Part shown: piece after piece, positions 12,053 through 25,754 of the stretch
Layout of the letters: every line of letters starts with the position of its first letter
Numbering within the stretch: the first letter of the stretch is position 1
Assembly: GCA_964016885.1 (NCBI GenBank)
Contig: OZ024742.1
Coordinates: 245,830,001 to 245,894,000 of the forward strand
Length of the DNA stretch: 64,000 bases
Direction of reading: 5' to 3'
Source: Eledone cirrhosa
Taxonomy: Eukaryota
Position numbers and translations under genes: made by a program
The notes under the pieces: model-generated
What the model saw: the letters and a program-made list of their open reading frames with translations, nothing else
Database searches by the model: none
Told to the model about the DNA's origin: nothing

Positions 12053-12539
12053 AAAATTTTAATATGTGTTTAGTATATATTATTTAAGTAGTAATCAGTT
12101 GTTTTTCTTGCATTGTAAATATAAATGTATCTCTTCCTCTTCACTAGTCTTCTTTCTTTTCCTTTTTCTCCCCTCTTCATGTCCCTTTTTGTTCTTCTAT
12201 ATATATCACCTTCTATATTCGATTCAATTCAATCCAGGGCCTTTTCACTCCTACCGGAGGAACACCTCCCTGTTTGACTTCCACCATTATCTGTTTTAGT
12301 TTTGGTTTTGGTCATGTCAGGGGTGTAGCCATACACACCACGCTTGGCCAATTGTGGGTTGGTGAGGCTATTTAACCCATAGCTGGGTAAACTCATTTCT
12401 ACAGCTGAGTGAACTGGAGCAACGTGAAATAAAATATTTTACTCAAGAACACAATGCAAAGCCTGGTCCAAGAATCAAACTCACAACCTCAGGATTTTAA
12501 GCTTGATGCTCTTACCACTAGGCTATGCGCTTTCACACC

Positions 12540-12842
12540 TTCTATATATTACCTTCAAAATATCACCTTCTGTATATTCCCTTCCATTTATCACCTATAT
12601 ATTGCCTTCTATATATTACCTATATATCATCTTCTATATATCACCTTCTATATATTACTTTCTATGTGTGACATGGTATATATTACCTTGTATATATTAC
12701 CTTGTTTACATTACCTTGTATATATTACCTTATATATATATATAACCTCCAATATATATATAACCTATATATGAACTTCCATGTATTATCTTATATCTAT
12801 CACCTTCTATATATTATCTGCTATATATTACTATCTATATAT
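12540..12842. repeat. Degenerate about 14-bp low-complexity repeat (TATATATTACCTTC)
   Basis: Visible recurring motif. Confidence 0.75.
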
Positions 12843-13153
12843 TGCAATCGAAAGGTTGTGAGTTCAATTCTCAGACCGGGTGATGTGTTGTTTCCTTGAG
12901 CAAGACACTTTATTTCACATTGCTCCAGTTTACTCAGCTGTAGAAATGAGATGATAGGGACTGGGGTCTATATCATTCCACTGCAAAGTGGTCATGCAGG
13001 TGCCACGGCAAAAAAGCACCCAGCACTCACTGTAAATGAGGTTGGTGTTAGGAAGGGCATCCAGCTGTAGAAATCAAGCCAGAATCAGTTCCCGTCCCAC
13101 CCTTGCAAGCAGGGAAAAAGCGGACGTAAAATGAAATGATGATGAATGATGAT
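12843..13153 (+). mobile_element. tRNA-derived SINE family 2 with RTE-derived tail (5'-truncated)
   Basis: B box GAGTTCAATTC; CCTTGAGCAAGACACTTTA core; tail cccgtcccacccttgcaagcagggaaaaagcggacgtaaaatgaaatgatg. Confidence 0.85.
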
Positions 13154-13379
13154 ATTACCTTTTATATATTGCCTTCTACTCCAAGTTAGTTTATTGGCAG
13201 AGTTGTTAGGATGTTAGATTAAAGATACCGTGGTATTTGTTTCACCTTATTGTGTTCTTAGCTCAAATCTTCTGAAGGTCAAGGTTTGCATTTCATATTT
13301 TCAAGGTCAATAATTTATTAATCCAGTACTGGGGTTGATATTTTCTCTCTCAGCCAGAAACATTAAATAATGCCCCCTG

Positions 13380-14200
13380 AATAAACACCAGAGGCCCCAA
13401 ACATGTGGATGTTCTTGTAAAGAGTCATGCCCATTGAACCAACAATGCAACACCCAGCGATAATATATGAAGCTGAAGTTTCTTTATCAACAAAATGAGA
13501 CCTGGACATATGTGAGCATGTCGGAGAGTTTTTTTTTTAAAAACGTTTCCTTAATCATGAAACAACCTTCAAATACATAAACAAAAGAAGCACTACTAAT
13601 TTGGCAAATAAAATATGTCAGCTCAAAGACAAGAATATAGTCATCTCCTTTAAATGGAAGTTACTTGAACAATCTAGACCATATGTAAATGGGCTCAAAG
13701 TTTGCAGATTATGCAATGACAAGAGACGGTGGATACAGTATAATCTGTACACCAACAATAGACCATTAAATACTCGCCTAGAGTTCTTCTCATGCTGTCT
13801 CCATGTCATAAAGGACCTTCTAAAGAACTGGTCTCCATAACTAATACAAATAATTTTTTCCTAGAATGTTTTTTCCTGAAACAATTTTCCTTAATATATT
13901 TTCTATCCCTACTTTAGAATTGGGTTGCCTCCATTTTCCTTCAGTTGATCAACATAACAGCTCTAACTGTTGGAGTTGTCCTCCTTAGGTTGAAATGACT
14001 TTTTTTATCGATATTTTTAATTGCGTTCACTATTCTTCCCTTATTACCCACCTTTGTTTGCTCTCCTATCTCCCTTCTTTATTTAAGCTATTTCCAGTTT
14101 CTTTCCACCAGCATAGGTTGAAATAGTTGATCCGCCAGGTCAACGAAATATGAGTTCCTGGCATGGCTCCATTGCAGTAACTGGCCTTAATAATTATATT
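13380..14200 (+). mobile_element. Penelope-like GIY-YIG endonuclease remnant
   Basis: KWKLLEQSRPYVNGLKVCRLC...LNTRLEFFSCCLH is homologous to ORF 23658..24110. Confidence 0.75.
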
Positions 14201-14292
14201 AAAACTTGCCCTATGGACTTTATACTTGCCCTATGTTGCTTTATACCTTGGATATTTCTACCAAGTGATTACCACAATATATATATATATGT

Positions 14293-14810
14293 AGACATGA
14301 ATTGGTATCAAAAGGTTTTCGGACTAGTTCTGTAGTGTGCCAACAGATGGCAACAGATGGTTGCACACACAGTGAGAGCTAGCAGTGACCTTCATGCACA
14401 AGTGTGCCGAGTGATATTGTATTCACTTCGCAAGTTGTGAAATTTATGTTTTTGTGATAACATGTAAGCTGTAATCTGCAATTTTGTCATGAATAGGAAG
14501 TTGGAACAAAGAGCCAATGTGAAATTTTGCACTCAACTTGGAAAGTCTGCTACAGAGACATTGAGCATGCTTTGGCAACCTTATGGCGACGAGGCAATGG
14601 GTCGTATGCAATGTTTTGAGTGGCATGGGTGCTTCAAAAGTGGAAGAACGTCCCTGGAAGATGGAGAACGTTCTGGAAGACCTGCCACGAGCGTCTCTGA
14701 ATATGTGGAGAGAATTCGTCCCCCAGGGCCAGATCGTCAATCAAGAGTTCTACTGCAACATTTTGAGGTGTTTAAGTGGGGGACGTTCGTCAAAAGTGAC
14801 CAGATCATGA
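14293..14810 (+). mobile_element. Internally deleted mariner transposon
   Basis: EQRANVKFC..LGKSATET..M....YGDEAM....FEW...FKSGRTSLED.ERSGRP is a mariner HTH, joined to an EFVPQGQIVNQEFY catalytic-domain fragment. Confidence 0.88.
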
Positions 14811-14873
14811 TGTTTACACTCTACTAATATATTGAGTACCTTACTTACTGTGGTTACCCCAAATGAACCTGGG

Positions 14874-14922
<49 letters not shown>

Positions 14923-15886
14923 CTTTTTTTTAAAGCAAAGATGAATTGCTTTCCCTGTACTCTCAACATCTGAGCCTTCTGGATAGTTAAAACAATTCAT
15001 TTTATAGGTGCTCTTACTCTTAACTGTAGTATGGCTAAATGGTTAAGAAGTTTGCTTCCCAATCATTAGGGCTTGAGTTCTATCTCACTGTGTGGCAGCT
15101 TGATAAAGTTTCATTGGGTAGATGGAAACTGTTAGAAGCCAGTCAAATGAATTGTACACGTAATTGTACACTATGTCATGCTGAATATCAATGAGAATTA
15201 CATTAAGGGTAGACATGCCTATGGGATGCTCAGTCACTTGCAGGTTAATTTCATGAGCAGGTTGTTCTGTTGATTGAACAACTGGCACATGAGTCATCAA
15301 AATCAATGGAGGTCCATTCCATTACTACTAACTACTACATTTGCTACACATAAACTCCTTTTTCATTGTTAAAAAGTAATATCATTTTAGATTATATTAC
15401 TGATCTATCATTGATCAAATCGATTGACAAAATCCCAGACCTCATTCACTTACCAAGTAGGATGGAACTCATTAAACTGGACCAAGGAAACAATATTTCC
15501 ATTAGTTTTTCCAATTGCTAATACTATCTACTGGTCGCAACTCCTGGCAGAAAGAGCAATGTGAAATAAAGTGTATTGCTCAAGGACATAACATATCCCT
15601 GTCCTAGGAATCGAACTCCCAATGTCATGACTGTTAATCCAGCTCTCTAACTACTGAGCCATTTACCTTTACTACAGCAAGATACTTTATTTCATGTTAT
15701 CCTTCTTGCCAGGAGTTGCGACCAGTAGATAGTATCAACAACTGAAAAGACCCATAGAAATAGATTATATTATAAATGGATATATTTATTTGTTATTAAT
15801 AAACTAAAGGGATATGTGATAAAAACTGTACAATATGAATTATTTATAGGCAACTTATCTCGGGTTTTCTCATGTATTATTTACAG

Positions 15887-16022
15887 GCAAATTATCTCAT
15901 TGGTACTTTTTATGATTCGGCAATTTTATATGGTTATGCCCTTAATGAAACTCTTGAGAGTGGTGAAAATATTCGGAATGGTACTGCTTTCACAAGAAGA
16001 ATGTGGAATCGTAATTTTACAG
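15887..16022 (+). CDS. rGC exon (ECD): ANYLIGTFYDSAILYGYALNETLESGENIRNGTAFTRRMWNRNFT
   Basis: ttacag| ... G|gtaac; FYD.A.LY..ALNETL and MWNR.F motifs; phase 0-1. Confidence 0.95.
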
Positions 16023-16812
16023 GTAACATCTGTACTTTTTTCTCTGACTTTGAAATCTGTTGATCCCACTTTATGATAACTAATGCTGTTAACTAGTAGC
16101 AACTGCTGTTGTTATGGTTTTTCTTAGCACCATTGTCTTTTGATAACTAATACTGATTACTAATCACAGTTTTGTTAGCACCATTGTCTTTTGATGGACC
16201 TCCATCGGTTCCGATAATGTGCAGGTGGCTGAGCTTTCCAGAGACACATGTACTCTTACTGTAGTTCTCTGGGAGATTCAATGTGACACAGTACGTGATA
16301 GGACCGGTCCTTTGTAATACAGATATAACTTATTTTTGTCAGCTGAGTGGACTGGAGTAATGTGAAATAAAATGTCTTGCTCAAGGATACAACAAGTCAC
16401 CTAGTCCAGGAATCAAACTTACAACCTTACAATGTTGGTCTGGACACTTTAACTACTAAGCCACACACCTTCACCTATCACTATTGGAATTCTTCTGTCT
16501 GTTTGATTTGAAACATATTTGTGTAGTGTACTAATTTTACAATTTCTGTTATATAATGAATGTATGTGGCCTAGTGGTTAGGATGTTTGACTCACAGTCA
16601 TAAAGATTATGAGTTTGATTCTTGAACTGGACAGTGCATATTGTTGAGCAAACTACTTTATTTCACATTGCTCCTCTGCCAGAAGTTATGACCAGTGATA
16701 GTATCAGCAATGGAAAGTTCAGTTAGAACATTGTTTTCTTGTGTGATATGATGATTGGCTCCTTTCCTTTCTTTTTATATAATGAGGATTGCATATTCAA
16801 TATTTGTTGCAG

Positions 16813-16904
16813 GTATAACTGGAGAAGTAGTTGTAGATGATAATGGTGACAGAGAATCAAGTTTCTCAATTCTAGACATGAACCCTATCAGTGGAGAATT
16901 TCAG
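16813..16904 (+). CDS. rGC exon (ECD): GITGEVVVDDNGDRESSFSILDMNPISGEFQ
   Basis: ttgcag| ... CAG|gtaagt; GITG.V..D.NGDR motif; phase 1-0. Confidence 0.95.
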
Positions 16905-17974
16905 GTAAGTTTGACCAGTCATATCGACCTTGAACAGACCTTGAATATACTTGAGGTCATAGAGCTATTGTGGGTGGCACAGCAATACTAGGCAATATAG
17001 CTTATCATATTAATACAAAAGTAATCTGTGGTGTATTTGCCATTAATTCTTCTGGTGGACTGTGTGGGGATTTATATGAAAATACACTCATCCATACATA
17101 ATTTTCTTGTGATATGTGCATAGATCATACCTTCTTCATAATAAGCATTTAATGTCCATTTTCCCTACTAGCAAGGGTTGTTGAAAAACATGATGTTGGC
17201 ATGCCTTCATTGGAGGGTGTTACTGAAATCTCCATAGAAGCAATAACAAATCGGCATTTGATGCCTAGATGGCATGTGGATGGTATCTGAATATTTGAGG
17301 TTGGAAGAGTGAAGAGTGTGTAAGCATCCTTTAGAATATGAGAGTACCAATAAACATGGCGTGACTTGTGTTATCAATGCCTGATGCCATATGACTATTT
17401 AACTTTTGAATCTCTTTATATTGTAATGATGGCAGTGAAGTGGCAGAGTCGTTAGAATGTTTTGTGGTATATGTTCCAACTCTATGCTCTGAATTCAAAT
17501 CCTGACCAAGTCAACTTTTCCTTTCATCCTTTTGAGGTCAATCAAAACAGTACAAATCTAGTACTAGGATCAATTATTTTCTGTAGTAAAAAATAGGGCG
17601 AAGTTACTAATTCAATTCAATTTTCTAATTACACTGCTGGTTTCTAATCATGTGATGTTAATATATATAATCATCATCATCGTTTAACGTCCATTTTCCA
17701 TGCTAGCAAGAGTAGGAAATGCTGTCCAGTTGTGAGACAGCCAGGTTGGAGGGCCGTGTTTTCCTCACACAGAACTGATTTTGGTTTGGTTTCTATGGCT
17801 GGATGCCCTTCCTAATGCCAACCACATTTACAGTGTGTACTGGGCACTTTTTGTTGTGACACCTACGCAACCACTTTACAGTGTGGGCAGGGTGCTTTTT
17901 GTTGTGACACCTACATGATATATATGATGATGATGATGATGATGTATATACATACTCATTTATTTTTTACTTAG

Positions 17975-18119
17975 GTTGTGGGTCATTATCTTGCCTACAG
18001 ACCATATTATGATCCTGTCCCTGGTGTGAAAATACATTGGCCTGGTAATTTACAGAAGCCTCCACCCAATGAACCTCGATGTGGATTTCTTAGAGACAAT
18101 CCAACTTGCATTGAACAAC
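17975..18119 (+). CDS. rGC exon (juxtamembrane ECD): VVGHYLAYRPYYDPVPGVKIHWPGNLQKPPPNEPRCGFLRDNPTCIEQ
   Basis: acttag| ... C|gtaagt; IHWPG..PP..P.CGF....C motif; phase 0-1. Confidence 0.94.
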
Positions 18120-18877
18120 GTAAGTGTGTACATATTTAATATTGTGGGAATTTACTATATTGGTAGGCAGTGAAGTGACAGGGTTGTTAAAACATCTGAT
18201 AGAATGCTTTGCACTCTTTATTCCATCTCTATGTTCTCTGAGTTCAAATTCTGCCAAGGATGACTATGCCTTTTATCGTTTCAAGGCTTATAAATGAAAT
18301 ACCAGTCTAATACTGGGAATAATTATTTTTCTATGTCTCACTTTCTCTCTCACTTTGAAAAAAATTGGCTGTTTTCAGACCTGGAGAGGGATGGGCTCCA
18401 CCAGGTTTAAAATGCTTAGTACATGCTATATGTCAAGACAGTGCTACTATAACTCCAACAGAAGTTAAGGAATCAGGAATAGTGAAAAAGTTAGTAAATA
18501 TCTAATGGTACAATGAATGCCCAATGTTTGTGAATTCACATTGAAACACTATTCTGGATTGTGTCTTTTCTTGTCAATGAAAGCCCAAGTCTTAGTGGTC
18601 AGAGTGCTGGGCTCACAATCGTAAAGTCATGAGTTCAATTCCTGGACTGGGTGGTGCATTATATCCTTGAGCAAAACACTTTATTTCATGTTGTTTCAGG
18701 CCACACAGTTGTGGAAAAAAATGAGTTGCAACAACACTGGTGCCAAGCTGTACCAGCTTATGCTTTTTCCTTGAACAAGATTAGTGTCATAGTGAGGGGT
18801 GACTTGCATGCATGGATGACTGCTGCTTTTTATAAAGCACTCTACACAAACTTATGCCTCAAAAATGCAAACCTATG

Positions 18878-19292
18878 GCCAGTCATAACTGAACAGGGTT
18901 TTCTCTATTAGTTTGGTCTGTCAATTGATCAATCAGTCATGGATATATAATCCTTGGTCTGTCATAACTGAGCAGGGCTCTCTCTATTAGTTTGGTCTGT
19001 CAGATGTTCAGTCAGTTATGAATATATAATGCTTGACCAATCATAACTGAGCAGGGCTATTTCTATTAGTTTGGTCTGTCAGATGTTCAGTCAGTTATGA
19101 ATATATAATGTTTGACCAGTCATAATTGAGCAGAGCTCTTTCTATTAGTTTGGTCTGTCAGATGTTCAGTCAATCATGAATGTATAACCCTTGACCAGTC
19201 AAAACTGAATAGGGCTCTCTCTTTTAGCTTGGTCTATCAGATGGTCAGTCAGTTATGGATGTTTAACCCTTGGCCAGTCATAACTGAACAGG
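18878..19292. repeat. About 79-80-bp minisatellite, about 5 copies
   Basis: Unit CAGTCATAACTGAGCAGGGCTCTCTCTATTAGTTTGGTCTGTCAGATGTTCAGTCAGTTATGAATATATAATGCTTGAC. Confidence 0.9.
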
Positions 19293-21033
19293 ATTCTTTT
19301 CTTTTCCCTTCTTTCCATTTCATTGTTTCCTTATTACTATGTTTATTTAGTGAAGTCATGTGGCTTGGTAGTTAGGCTTTTTGGCTTACTATCATAAGGT
19401 CATGAGTTTGGTTTCTAGCACTGAACTGTGTCATTCAGCAACACACTTTATTGCTTGTTGTTCTTGTCTACTCAGCAGGGAAAATAAGTGACTTGTACCT
19501 GTAATTAAAAAGGCCAGCCTTGTCACACACTGGATCACACTGATTCTCCCTGAGAACTATGCCAAGGATTAATATACTTGTGCAATACTCAACAACATTC
19601 ACATTAATTTCCTGAGCAAGCTGTTCCATTGAAGGAATCAGCTGGAACACATGTCGTTAGAATCAACAGGTGTCCATCGCACACATGCAGTAGTTTGTTT
19701 TATTCTTTTTATGTTAATAAAGGAACTACTCCAGTATCCGAAGTGGCTTGCTATACCATGCTGGCCTTTTATGTTATTTTTGAATTCCCTGAGAAATTTC
19801 CATTTTTGTTTCTTCAGTTCTTTCCAAAAATTGGTTTATAAAATTAGGTGGTGATTTGACACAGTTGTTATTGTGTTGGATAAACAGCCTTGGTATTTGT
19901 TCCATGTGCTCAGAGTTCAAATCTAGCTGAGATTAACTTTATCTTTTATCCTTTGCAAGTGGGGTAGGTGGGTTTGACAAATAAAGTCTGGTCCAAGAGG
20001 CGGTGAATTGGCAAAATTGTTAACACATCAGATACATTGTGATATCTGTTCTTATTTTGTGCATTCTGAGTCTGAATATCACATTCTGATCTGGCCGTGA
20101 CACTTCTGCCAGAAGTCACAATTGACAGATAGTATCAGCAATGAAAAGACTCATAGAAACTTGGTCTGATTTGATAATTTGGGCCTCCTTCTTCTTAAAG
20201 AAAACACAAAAAAACAAAAAAAAAAACAGGGATAGAGACAGGAGATCTTTACTTTGAATTTTATGTAGGTATTTTGGAATAATAGGCATGTATTTGAAAA
20301 TATATATGGTATGTTTATAATAGGGGTCTATAGGAAAGCAAGATAAATATACAGTAATATGATTATGAACTTTTTAAGCTGGATATTTTGGAAATTAAAA
20401 ACAAACATTCCTTTTATAAGAATTTAGTTTATAAAATCATAAATAAGTATAAACCATAGGGATTTTCTTTACTTTAGAAGAAAAACAAATAACCTTTATT
20501 ATGTTTTATGATATTAACAGCCTGAAGTGCAGAAATGTTTTTAGTTGAGAATTGAAACCTCATTGCAGACTCCTCCTACAAAACAGCCTACTTCTATCTC
20601 TATGGTCTTTGCACAACTAACATCCATCAAACATAAGAATTATATTTATAGTAAAGGAAAGAATGTGATCATCAGCTTGGACCAAGGAAGCTATATTACC
20701 AACAATCTTTCGATTGCTGATAATCTCTGCTGAATGCAACTCTTTGTGGAAGGAGGCAAGATTTGAACTTATATATAGAGTTGAATGAGACACCATAATA
20801 CATCTGTCTGATTATTTAACAATCTACTGCCCTTAGACTAGGGCTTTATCAACCCCAAAAGGGTTGACCTGGGTGGAATTTGAACTGAGAACACAGAAAC
20901 CTGAACTAAATATCCAACACTCTAAGAACTCTGAAAAATCAACTATCATATTACTACACTACTGCACTTGTAATGTTCAACTTTCCCACATTTCTTTTTA
21001 ACTTTAAAAAAAAAATTTGCTTTCATCTTGCAG

Positions 21034-21118
21034 AGGGCATTCCATACTATGTGTACATCTTATTAGCTATTTTTGCGGTTGGTCTCATTGTAATGGTTGT
21101 TGGTTTCCTAGTCAACAG
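21034..21118 (+). CDS. rGC transmembrane exon: QGIPYYVYILLAIFAVGLIVMVVGFLVNR
   Basis: ttgcag| ... AG|gtaag; hydrophobic stretch of about 23 aa; phase 1-2 fits both neighbours. Confidence 0.92.
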
Positions 21119-21315
21119 GTAAGGTTACATATGATATATATTCTGTAAACATGCCATTTTCTTATATATATATTTTGAGTATATGTTGGTTGTATACCAA
21201 CACCTCAGTATGCAGATTGGAGCACTCGACGAAGTGCGCAGGTTTTTTTGGTTACTCCGGAGTAATGTAAAATAAAATAAATAAGTCAAATGTTTAAAAT
21301 TTGGCTTCGTTTATT

Positions 21316-21370
21316 ACTGCTATATATATTTCGGTGACAGCCATCTTTGGCTGTGACCTCTTCAGGCAGT
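21316..21370 (-). ncRNA. Type I hammerhead ribozyme motif, core intact
   Basis: Minus strand reads ACUGC-CUGAAGA-GGUcACAGCCA aaga UGGCUGUcACC-GAAA-UAUAUA-UA/GCAGU: perfect stem I, long stem II, palindromic stem III. Confidence 0.82.
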
Positions 21371-21998
21371 CCGTATTAGTGTGGTAGAGAGGAGTACACA
21401 TGTTGTTGAGGTGTATAACTTTGTCAATACTCTGATATGCGCAGTTCCTGGTTGGGTTGTTATTTCACTGAGGAACTGGAATCATATGAATTCAAACAAA
21501 CGAATTTCAGCGTCAAAGGGCCTCTTTGAACATTCATCAGTCAAAAGTCTATAGAAATTCATTCTGAGGCAAGCCAATCTGTAGTTGTTGTTCTTGTTAT
21601 TGTTAGGTACATCTGACCTCTATTCTTGTGTTGGTAGTGGTGTTATTGTTGGAGTCAGCTAAAAAAAAGTGATAAAGTGGTAGAAGGAATAAGATGGTAA
21701 AGGAGCAAAATAAAATAAAATAATCGAATAAAATGTGTGTGTGTTATACCCATCTCAATGTTATAAAGATTTGTAAGGTCAAACTTCCCATTGGTCAGTT
21801 TTGAGAAATATATATAGCAGTAATAAACGAAGCCAAACTTTAAACTTATTTATTTTATTTTATTTTGACTTATTTATTTTATTTTATTTTATATATATAT
21901 ACTTAGAGAGAGAGAGATCATGGGAATACTCAATGCATGGGGAGATGCAGAGTAGGTATAGAGATGTGTAAAATCCCAACCGTGACACCAAGCGGTTT

Positions 21999-22065
<67 letters not shown>

Positions 22066-22094
22066 TATTAATAAAATAGATGTTCTTTTCATCA

Positions 22095-22157
22095 ATTACA
22101 TTTTATTATACATATTTCGGATGTACAACAGTACGTCCTCATCAGACAAAATATAAT
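22095..22157 (-). ncRNA. Type I hammerhead motif (left arm copy)
   Basis: Reverse complement of 24957-25019. Confidence 0.8.
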
Positions 22158-23657
22158 GATACATGACGTACCATGGGATGTTAAATGGTTAAGATTTAAT
22201 CAAGGTAGTGATTAACCCGATAGAAAATTTTACTTATATCCTATCTATGAGAAAATGCGAAAACGTAATAAATTCATTAGAGAATGTGTGAGTAATAAAA
22301 AAAACGTTGCATATTGTAACTGTTCTAAAATTTCGTTTGATACTACGATATATCTAGGAAAACGTCTCATGAATCATAACAGCCAGTGATAGCCACTGGA
22401 AAAGTAAAGTGTGGGGGCGGTTTCGAAAGTTAAACGGTTAGATTTGAAAATATTTAATTTATAATATTAGGGTGAAGACTCCAGATTTCAGGATTATTTG
22501 TTGGTTATTTATATATTATTTATATAAATTCGATAAGTGTGTTATCATTTCTAAACTTCTAAATTGTGAGAGTAACATTTAAAGGATTTAGCTGGCACAT
22601 AAAGAATGAAATATTATACTGTTGATTATTTACCTAAATTTAAACTTTAACAAATATACCAACATATTAGGTATGTAAAGCTTTTGAAGTACTTATTATT
22701 ATAAATATTTAAATAAATATTATGTGTATAGGTATATATTAATGAGCCAGTATGTTTAAGGTAAATAATAACGACGAAGATAAAAATAAAATAAGATAAT
22801 ATATTGAAGGATGTTAAGGATAAATATATACATATGTATAACTGGGTGTAAATGCACTAATTATTCTTCAACCAAGATATCAACATATTATTAGATATAG
22901 GGATGTATATATATATAGATATATATTAGGTATTATTAGTGTAGTATACTTTAGATAAATGATAACAGTTATAATCTTATCAACATGTCACATTTAAATA
23001 CATATATATACATATAAAAAAAACAACAATGAGTGCATGGATAATACAGAGTTCAAAATAATGTCTATAATAATTTTTAGTTTGGATATTTTCTCTATAT
23101 TTGAATCATATATATAGAAATGTGGTAGGTATATTTAAAAATATATAAAATATAATATATAAGTACATATATATTATAATACATTATATTATAAATAAAT
23201 AAGAGATCAAAAGTACTGCGAAAAATTCACATTTATATATAAGTTTGAATCCGTCTCAAAATTTAGATTTTATAGTGCAGTAAATATATTTAAAAGAAAT
23301 ATATGCTATATTATACTATAAATAATAGATCAAAAACTCATTAAAAATTTAGAGTTATAGATAAGTTTCATAAAAAATTATGGATTGGGTATTAAACTAA
23401 AATTTAAAAGAGATCACAAATGTATTAAAAATTCACAGTTAAATAAATTCCATAAATATGTAAGGATTAGGTATTATACTAAATTATAATCATAGAAATA
23501 AGGAGATAAAGAAATGATGGTATTGATCAAAGTTAACAAATAATGTTGTGTGTATCAATGTTTAGGCATGTTAATTGAAATATTGTCATTCATTCTAGCG
23601 TTGTTTCTTCTATAGCTAGTTATAAAATAAAGCAATATTAAAGGCCATTAATGTTTT

Positions 23658-24140
23658 TTACTGTTGATTATATATTCCTGGTAACCGAGTTGTTATTGGT
23701 TCTTTCTTTCTCGTTTTATGTGAGGCTAAAAAAGTGGACGTAGCTTTATGGAGGCAACTAGAGAATAATTCACTTTTTTTGTTAATTAGGGTCTCATAAT
23801 TATTAATAATCAACAGGGTCTCCATTGTACAGAGCGGGCAGTTATTTGATATACTAGAGTTGCGGTAAATTCCACAGTTCCGAAGTTTTGTCCAAAGAAT
23901 GGAGTATTCTAAATTCTTCTCTTTTAAAGACCATATGAGCTCTGATAAAGACGTGGATGATTTCCTCTTAGAGTTCGAGAATGAGCATTTATGGTTCGCA
24001 AAACGAGCCTTGAATGTGGACGAGGTTGATCCAATGTAATTGTATGTTTTGTGATCAGATTTTACGGTGCATTTATAAACCAAATTACTATCTAAACAAT
24101 TATTTTGCAACGGGCAATTAGTTTTATTTCTACAATTACA
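23658..24140 (-). pseudogene. PLE GIY-YIG endonuclease C-terminus
   Basis: LVYKC...YIGST..FKARFANH...CPLCTME...LINKKSELFSSCLH. Confidence 0.88.
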
Positions 24141-24956
24141 TTTTGGTTTAGTATCATTAATGTTAACTCTATTATTATGATCAGTACGTCCTCATCAGAC
24201 AAAATATAATGATACATGACATACCCTGAGATGTTAAATGGTTGAAGAATAATTAGTGCATTTACACCCAGTTATACATATGTATATATTTATCCTTAAC
24301 ATCCTTCAATATATTATCTTATTTTATTTTTATCTTCGTCGTTATTATTTACCTTAAACATACTGGCTCATTAATATATACCTATACACATAATATTTAT
24401 TTAAATATTTATAATAATAAGTACTTCAAAAGCTTTACATACCTAATATGTTGGTATATTTGTTAAAGTTTAAATTTAGGTAAATAATCAACAGTATAAT
24501 ATTTCATTCTTTATGTGCCAGCTAAATCCTTTAAATGTTACTCTCACAATTCAGAAGTTTAGAAATGATAACACACTTATCGAATTTATATAAATAATAT
24601 ATAAATAACCAACAAATAATCCTGAAATCTGGAGTCTTCACCCTAATATTATAAATTAAATATTTTCAAATCTAACCGTTTAACTTTCGAAACCGCCCCC
24701 ACACTTTACTTTTCCAGTGGCTATCACTGACTGTTATGATTCATGAGACGTTTTCCTAGATATATCGTAGTATCAAACGAAATTTTAGAACAGTTACAAT
24801 ATGCAACGTTTTTTTTTATTATTCACACATTCTCTAATGAATTTATTACGTTTTCGCATTTTCTCATAGATAGGATATAAGTAAAATTTTCTATCGGGTT
24901 AATCACTACCTTGATTAAATCTTAACCATTTAACATCTCAGGGTATGTCATGTATC

Positions 24957-25019
24957 ATTATATTTTGTCTGATGAGGACGTACTGTTGTACATCCGAAAT
25001 ATGTATAATAAAATGTAAT
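24957..25019 (+). ncRNA. Type I hammerhead motif, sense to the host pre-mRNA
   Basis: AUUAUAUUUUGU-CUGAUGA-GGAcGUAC uguu GUACaUCC-GAAA-UAUGUA-UA/AUAAAAUGUAAU; 12-bp stem I; predicted cut after A25007. Confidence 0.8.
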
Positions 25020-25154
25020 TGATGAAAAGAACATCTATTTTATTAATACTTATATTTTAATATTAATAACTCCAGAAAATAATTTTCCCGTTGAGTGCTT
25101 CCGATCTATTGCAAAACTCATTCTTTGACATAATCATTGAATATTGTTTAACAA

Positions 25155-25204
<50 letters not shown>

Positions 25205-25587
25205 TCATCATCATCATGAGTCAGTCATGGTTTGTAGGGTTGGTGACAGTACTGTTGATATTTCACTGCTACCATAACTAACAACATAATTTTTCTAATT
25301 AGATAAACCATTCAAAATACAAGTTTGAAAGCAGAAGCAACAGAAAGTAGTTCCAGCTAGATCCTGTCAACAAAATTTCCATACGGTGTAAACATACAAA
25401 TGGAATATTTGTCTTCATGTGTTTCGGATGGCTTGAGCTGAATAATAAATTATTATAAATAAACCTTAAAGACTCCAATTGCAATTTCAACTTTTTTTCC
25501 TATTTATATATATATATACATATGCATATTGATAAATATTTTCTATTAGACGTTTCATTTTTTTTGCTGTTATCTCATCTGTTACAG

Positions 25588-25705
25588 GAAATACCAGGAG
25601 AAAAGAAATATGGAAGCGATGGGCTGGAGGATTGATCAAAGTGAAATCAAATTTGGTACAAACAAACTACGGAGTGGAACCAATATGAACGTTGGTGGGA
25701 GTCAA
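25588..25705 (+). CDS. rGC exon (intracellular juxtamembrane): KYQEKRNMEAMGWRIDQSEIKFGTNKLRSGTNMNVGGSQ
   Basis: ttacag| ... CAA|gtaggt; W-R-I...E-I motif; phase 2-0. Confidence 0.9.
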
Positions 25706-25754
25706 GTAGGTTTTATTTTGAATTTTAGTAAAAGCGTGCATTTATAATCATTAG

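Larger units (their letters stand above)
22061..25160 (-). mobile_element. 5'-truncated Penelope-like element with about 810-bp inverted arms (22061-22873 / 24240-25053)
   Basis: GIY-YIG ORF between the arms, one hammerhead in each arm, (TA)n on both flanks. Confidence 0.88.

Noticed and set aside
14114-14160. Hammerhead downstream of the GIY-YIG remnant
   Set aside because: A stem II and GAAA are present but the CUGANGA core is unrecognisable.
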